The position numbers and the translations under genes were made by a program. This document shows, one piece after another, positions 59,624 to 64,000 of a stretch of DNA of 64,000 nt (the first letter of the stretch is position 1; each line of letters opens with the position of its first letter). The notes beneath the pieces were generated by a model that was given only the letters and a program-made list of their open reading frames with translations, did no database searches and was not told the origin of the DNA. Origin of the DNA: an uncultured Methanoregulaceae archaeon (GTDB lineage Archaea; Halobacteriota; Methanomicrobia; Methanomicrobiales; Methanospirillaceae); assembly GCA_963705255.1 (NCBI GenBank), contig OY970061.1:1920001-1984000 (forward strand). Direction: 5' to 3'.

Positions 59624-60412
59624 TCATGGCTCGGCTGCATCCAGTCCGGTCACCTCATTGAAAACATCGATATCACTACGAGCATCGCACCGGCTCCTGA
59701 AGAACCGGTTGATGTTGCGGATATCCCTCATGAGGAAGGAGAGGGCACGGGGGTGATCACGGGTGACGGACTGGCCCATATCGATAAGATATGGTTGGTC
59801 GCCGTACAATATATTGAACTCGCTCAGGTCCGCGTGCACAAGCTCGGCCTTGTTGTAGAGTGTACCGATGTCCCGGATTATGCTGGCATATACCTCCCCG
59901 GGATCTTCTATCTCCACGTTCCTGAGCTGCGGGTAGGGGACCTCACCCTCTCCCAGAAACGACATGATGAGAATATTCCGGTCCCAGACGAGGGGTTCGG
60001 GAACGGCAAGACCTGCTTCCCGAGCCCGGGCAAGGTTGGAAAACTCCTTTTTTGTCCAGGCAAAGATGAGCTCTTTTTTTGCCTTCTTGACATGGGAGAA
60101 GCGCCGGTCACCGGTGATGTACCAGCTCATCGTGGTGAAATTTGCGGTCCTGATCCGGTAGATCTTAATGGCAATGCCTCCACCGTCCCGTTCACCATAG
60201 AAGACATTGGCCTCTTTTCCCGTACTTATTGATCCGCCGATAGCAGAGAGCCACTTCTTGTGCACGAGCTTATAGAGCGCAAGGAGGGTGACCTCATCAA
60301 AGACGTCCTCCCTCACCTTGAGCTGGTCAGCATCCTTGATGCGGACCCCCATCTCCTCGAGGAGATGGTCGAGCTGGTCGAGTTTGTTATCGATGCTTTT
60401 CCCGTTTTTCAC
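59624..60412 (-). CDS. rio1: Rio1 serine kinase
   Basis: ISTGKEANV, AIKIYR, W..KEF.NL, LVHADLSEFNIL, IDMGQ; start at GTG 60412 or ATG 60433. Confidence 0.92.
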   Translation of the reverse strand: MKNGKSIDNKLDQLDHLLEEMGVRIKDADQLKVREDVFDEVTLLALYKLVHKKWLSAIGGSISTGKEANVFYGERDGGGIAIKIYRIRTANFTTMSWYITGDRRFSHVKKAKKELIFAWTKKEFSNLARAREAGLAVPEPLVWDRNILIMSFLGEGEVPYPQLRNVEIEDPGEVYASIIRDIGTLYNKAELVHADLSEFNILYGDQPYLIDMGQSVTRDHPRALSFLMRDIRNINRFFRSRCDARSDIDVFNEVTGLDAAEP

Positions 60413-60449
60413 GCAGGTGCCACCAGTGATCATCCAGTTATGGTACCAG

Positions 60450-61392
60450 TCACCGTATATACTCCCGTACCGGGGCAAGGATCCCGGCAAGGGATTCGCC
60501 GCACGTCTTCTTGAGATCGAGCGGATGAACCTCTTTGTTGCCGTACGCAGTTTCAAGCTCAGCATAGCCGGAAAATGTGCGGTTGCCACCGAATTTTTCC
60601 GGTCGTTTGATCGTGATTTCCGAAAGACGGGGGAAGATGTGGTGCTGGAATATCTGAAGGATGGGGTTATCCGTAATTTCCGGCGGGCAGAAGGCCTTCT
60701 GGCATTTCTTCCGGATATCCTCCTCGCTGTCGGCCACGGAGATGAAATTACCCTGTGATGAGGACATCTTCTTCCCGTCAAGACCGTTCAGGATAGGTGT
60801 ATGGATGCAGACCGGGACCTTGTAGCCGAAGTTGACGAGGTGCTCCCGCGCAAGCATATGAATCTTCCGCTGGTCGATCCCCCCCACGGCTGCATCTACC
60901 CCGAGCACGGCGATGTCAGCCATCTGCATGATCGGATAGATCATCTGAGAAACCGTGGGGTGGTCCATCTGCCGGCCCACTTCATCCATACTCCGCGTAG
61001 CACGATTGAGGGTTATCTGCTGGGAGAGCTGGAGTACCGAGCAGTTCATAGGCCCGGTTCAGCTGGAGCTCGGAACCAAGGACATAATTCACGTTCTTTA
61101 GTCCCAGCCCCTCAAAGCAGCGTTTGTTGTACTCCGCCAGTTCTCCTACCTTTTCCATGGTCCCTTTACGGTTGAGAAACGCATGGAGGTCGGCGAGCAA
61201 TACGGTGACTTCGAAACCGGCAGCCTGAAGATCCACCAGCTTGTTTATCGTGACCAGGTGACCAAGGTGGATCTCGCCGCTTGGCTCGTACCCGGCATAG
61301 ACCATTTTATGCGGTTGTGTGAGAAGAACCCGGAGGTCATCGTCCGTGACAACTTCAACAGTATTCCGGCAAACCCGCTCGTACGCATCCAT
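60450..61392 (-). CDS. tyrS: Tyrosine--tRNA ligase; apparent +1 indel at ~61037
   Basis: YAGYEPSG.IHLGH, ADLHA, YPIMQ..D, GGIDQ, KMSSS. Confidence 0.93.
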
Positions 61393-61417
61393 TAAAAAGA
61401 GTGGGTGATGAAGGGTG

Positions 61418-62450
61418 TTAATGGTTATTCTGGATAGTGACAAAGCCCAGTGCTTCGTTGGTCATTCTGACTGACCGGTCAGCATCTTTCTCGGTGCCCA
61501 TCATGGCACGGATGGCATCGACATTCTCAACAACGACATCTGCTTCCTGGTGGATGGCCTGGAAGAAGCTCGATCTCATTCCTGTTGGTATAAATCGACT
61601 CCTCGAAGATGCAGTTCTCGATCAGGTCAGCACGCTGCCTGCCGATATCCATGGCGAACTCCTTGAGTTCTGCAGTGCTCTTTATGCCAAGGGATTTTTT
61701 GATGAGCCCCATCCTCGGGTGGTGGTTGATGAGATCGACCACCTTCTCGCGGCTGACCTCCCGCTTTGTGGTGATCTTGACCGCGTGCATGTGCATCATC
61801 GTTGTCGGGACGATCATTGCCATCGTGGTGATGGAAATGTGGGGGAGTACGGTCTGGACATCGGGGCCGTGATGGCTGGGAACGCTGACCGGGTCGAGGA
61901 CTACGGCATCTATCGGTCCTTTCTTGATCTCCCCGGGATCGGAGCCGCGACGCACCATGATCGCGTGGACGTGTTCCACCCCGTACTCGTGATCAATGGT
62001 GTTTATTATCCTGACAAGACCCGTGGTGTTGCAGGAAACGACGCGGGTGAACTTCCGGCCGATTGCCTCCTTGTAATTGCAGGAGGAGTTGAATGAGAAA
62101 CCGGCAACTTCGTGGTCCTCCCCTCCCTGCCAGATTGCCCTGATGCCGAGTTTCTCGTAGAGCGGTTTATTGGTCGCCCCGACATCACCCGGGGTTGCAT
62201 CGACAACGATATCGGCAGCCCTGCACATATCCTCCACCGATCCGGCAACAGCCAGCCCGGCTTTCTCAAATGCAGCTTTTTTTGAAATATCGGCGATAAA
62301 CAGCGGGTACCCACGCTGTTTCGCTACGAACGCTTCCGCATTCGGGCGAGTCTTTGATACCCCGATTACCTTCATATCCTTCTGAGCGGCGACCGCATCG
62401 GCAACGCGTTTACCGATAGTACCATACCCGTTGATGGCAACCTTGATCAT
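61418..62450 (-). CDS. gap: Type II (archaeal) glyceraldehyde-3-phosphate dehydrogenase; apparent +1 indel at ~61571
   Basis: [33 protein letters not shown]; shifted frame gives [20 protein letters not shown]. Confidence 0.93.
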
Positions 62451-62589
62451 ACAATCGTACATTGCTCCCGGATTGAAAAAACTATTGTTTAATTTTCTTA
62501 CCATGTCCGGCTCATCCGGATTGGTACTGCGGATTTTTCGTTCTTTTGCTACATATAGTTAAATGCTTATCAGAAATAACAACAAGTAT

Positions 62590-63179
62590 ATGAATAATCC
62601 ATCGCTCGTGTTCTGCGATATGCCGGTACGGTGGTGGCAGATCTCAGTCATAGGTATTATCATTTTCATTTCCGGGATCGATGCATTCTTCTGGACTCCG
62701 ATGTTTATTGGCCTGCTTATCCCGATATTCGGGCTGCTTGCCCTGTCAGTGGGTGCGATCATGATTGCATTTTCTCTTTCTATGAAAGAGGAGCTCGTCC
62801 ACCAGTTCCCGGTCTTTTTGCCGGTGCACTTTCCCTTATCATTGCCGTTGTCGCACTCCTGCTCCCGGGTTTCATTGAACCCTCTTTCATCATCATCATG
62901 GCATTTCTGGCAATTATCAACAGCGTCCTCTTGATAATTGTAGGTTGTTCGCTTTCCGAGGAATGGAAGACCCGGCTCGTTATCGTCCTGTTTGGAATGC
63001 TTACGCTCTTTTTGAGTATCCTGATGGCGCTTTTCCCGGAGCTCTCAAGTGCCGCTCTTGTAAAAATCTGGGGAGTTTATGCGTGGGTGATCGGTGTTCT
63101 CTGCGTTATTGCTGGTGTTTCCATGAAACTTGTCGAACCGGCAAGTACAATGGTCCGCAATAAACCCACAGTACCTTAA
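62590..63179 (+). CDS. HdeD/DUF308-like membrane protein; frameshift in a T-run at ~62815
   Basis: Paired hydrophobic hairpins across ORFs 62563..62934 and 62631..63179. Confidence 0.65.
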
Positions 63180-63301
63180 CCAGCGATGTGAGAGACCTCT
63201 TTTTACATGCCTAAACCGTAAATAGAACTCAGCAGGCATGTTTCCGGATTTCGGGAAAAATGACTCCGTTCTCAGGTAATCCTTATATATTCTTGGATAT
63301 G

Positions 63302-63794
63302 TCACAGGTATAATTCCTGGATTCCGATTACTTCGGTACTGTCTTTTGCCCGGGCATAGAGGTCAAGTGGTTCCTGGTTCACTTCAAGAAAACGAACCCC
63401 CCAGTTCACTTTTGAGAGGATCTCTGCCGCCCGTCCCTTCTCACCAATGATAAAGAGAGCAACCGCAAGTGCTTCCACAGATGATAATATGCAGGGTTTG
63501 CCGAAATTGACAGGGTTTGCCGCCATAAGAAAGGGGAGTGCGCGACGGATTCTCCAGGGTACTGATGGCGCCGGTATCCAGAACCTCCCACGAACAGTCA
63601 AGCACCGTGATGGATCGGACAGACCTGTCAGCGGGTGACAGTGCCTGCTCGGCAGTGGGATCCAGAAGAAGTGTATTCCGGGGTATCTGGGAGATCTTCG
63701 TAAAAATTTTTAAAAATCCTGCTCTTTCCAGCTTCTTAACCGTGCACTTCCGGGGATCACAGCTGTTGTCCCGGTAAGCAAACAGGGGGATCAT
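63302..63794 (-). CDS. tsr3: rRNA aminocarboxypropyltransferase Tsr3; apparent +1 indel at ~63557
   Basis: CDPRKCT.KKL, LSPAD, LDCSW then RALPFLMAANPVNFG, LSSVEA, WG..F...N. Confidence 0.9.
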
Positions 63795-63824
63795 TGATCA
63801 TCTGTGCGTGCACACACTGTAATA

Positions 63825-64000
63825 ATGTACGTGCTCTGCAGCCCGTGTATCCTCACGCCGTCCCTCCGGGCGAAGGGTATTACAAAACCCTCGGATCTCG
63901 AATTATTTGGGCGCATGAAACAGCGGTGCAGGAAATTCGGTATCGATATGGTTCCCCTCCCATGTCCTGAGACCTTGTACCTGGGACCTGATCGCGAGCC
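63825..64000 (+). CDS. N-terminus of a DUF523/TudS-like protein, truncated by the window edge
   Basis: Open frame MYVLCSPCIL...RAKG...PLPCPET.YLG..R. Confidence 0.6.
   Translation, partial: MYVLCSPCILTPSLRAKGITKPSDLELFGRMKQRCRKFGIDMVPLPCPETLYLGPDRE

Noticed and set aside
1-64000. tRNA, rRNA, CRISPR array, transposase or integrase
   Set aside because: None recognised by eye; a tRNAscan/Infernal run would be needed to exclude small RNAs formally.

Overview
64 kb of chromosome from a hydrogenotrophic methanogen, most likely Methanomicrobiales/Methanoregula-like (inferred from cofH x2, Ech, PolD small subunit, archaeal Cdc6/Hel308/Rio1/Tsr3 and the ORB sequence). Main contents: (1) an ~18 kb energy-conservation island (12.4-30.6 kb) with a canonical echABCDEF hydrogenase, a K+-independent H+-pyrophosphatase divergent from it, and a second, unusual group-4 [NiFe]-hydrogenase operon. 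That operon has a complex I-like make-up: NuoA/B/C/D/H/I/K-like subunits, two small membrane subunits, three MrpD-type antiporter modules (two fused in one 1094-aa ORF) and its own maturation protease. (2) A replication origin with three ORB boxes around an AT-rich unwinding element, upstream of cdc6. (3) An accessory islet (34-37 kb) with an amidohydrolase remnant, a 4-TM protein and a CARF-like/wHTH regulator followed directly by a 50-bp near-perfect palindrome built from 19-bp units. (4) G-string/C-string palindromic intergenic elements and a duplicated segment around a lipoprotein hydrolase gene. (5) A flavoprotein/HxlR redox-stress cluster, a PAS kinase/response-regulator cluster and housekeeping genes. 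About 13 genes, including tyrS, gap and echA, carry single-base indels that are most likely sequencing or assembly errors, so gene breaks and fusions need caution. No rRNA, tRNA, CRISPR array or transposase was recognised. All calls come from motif reading by eye; no database search was run.
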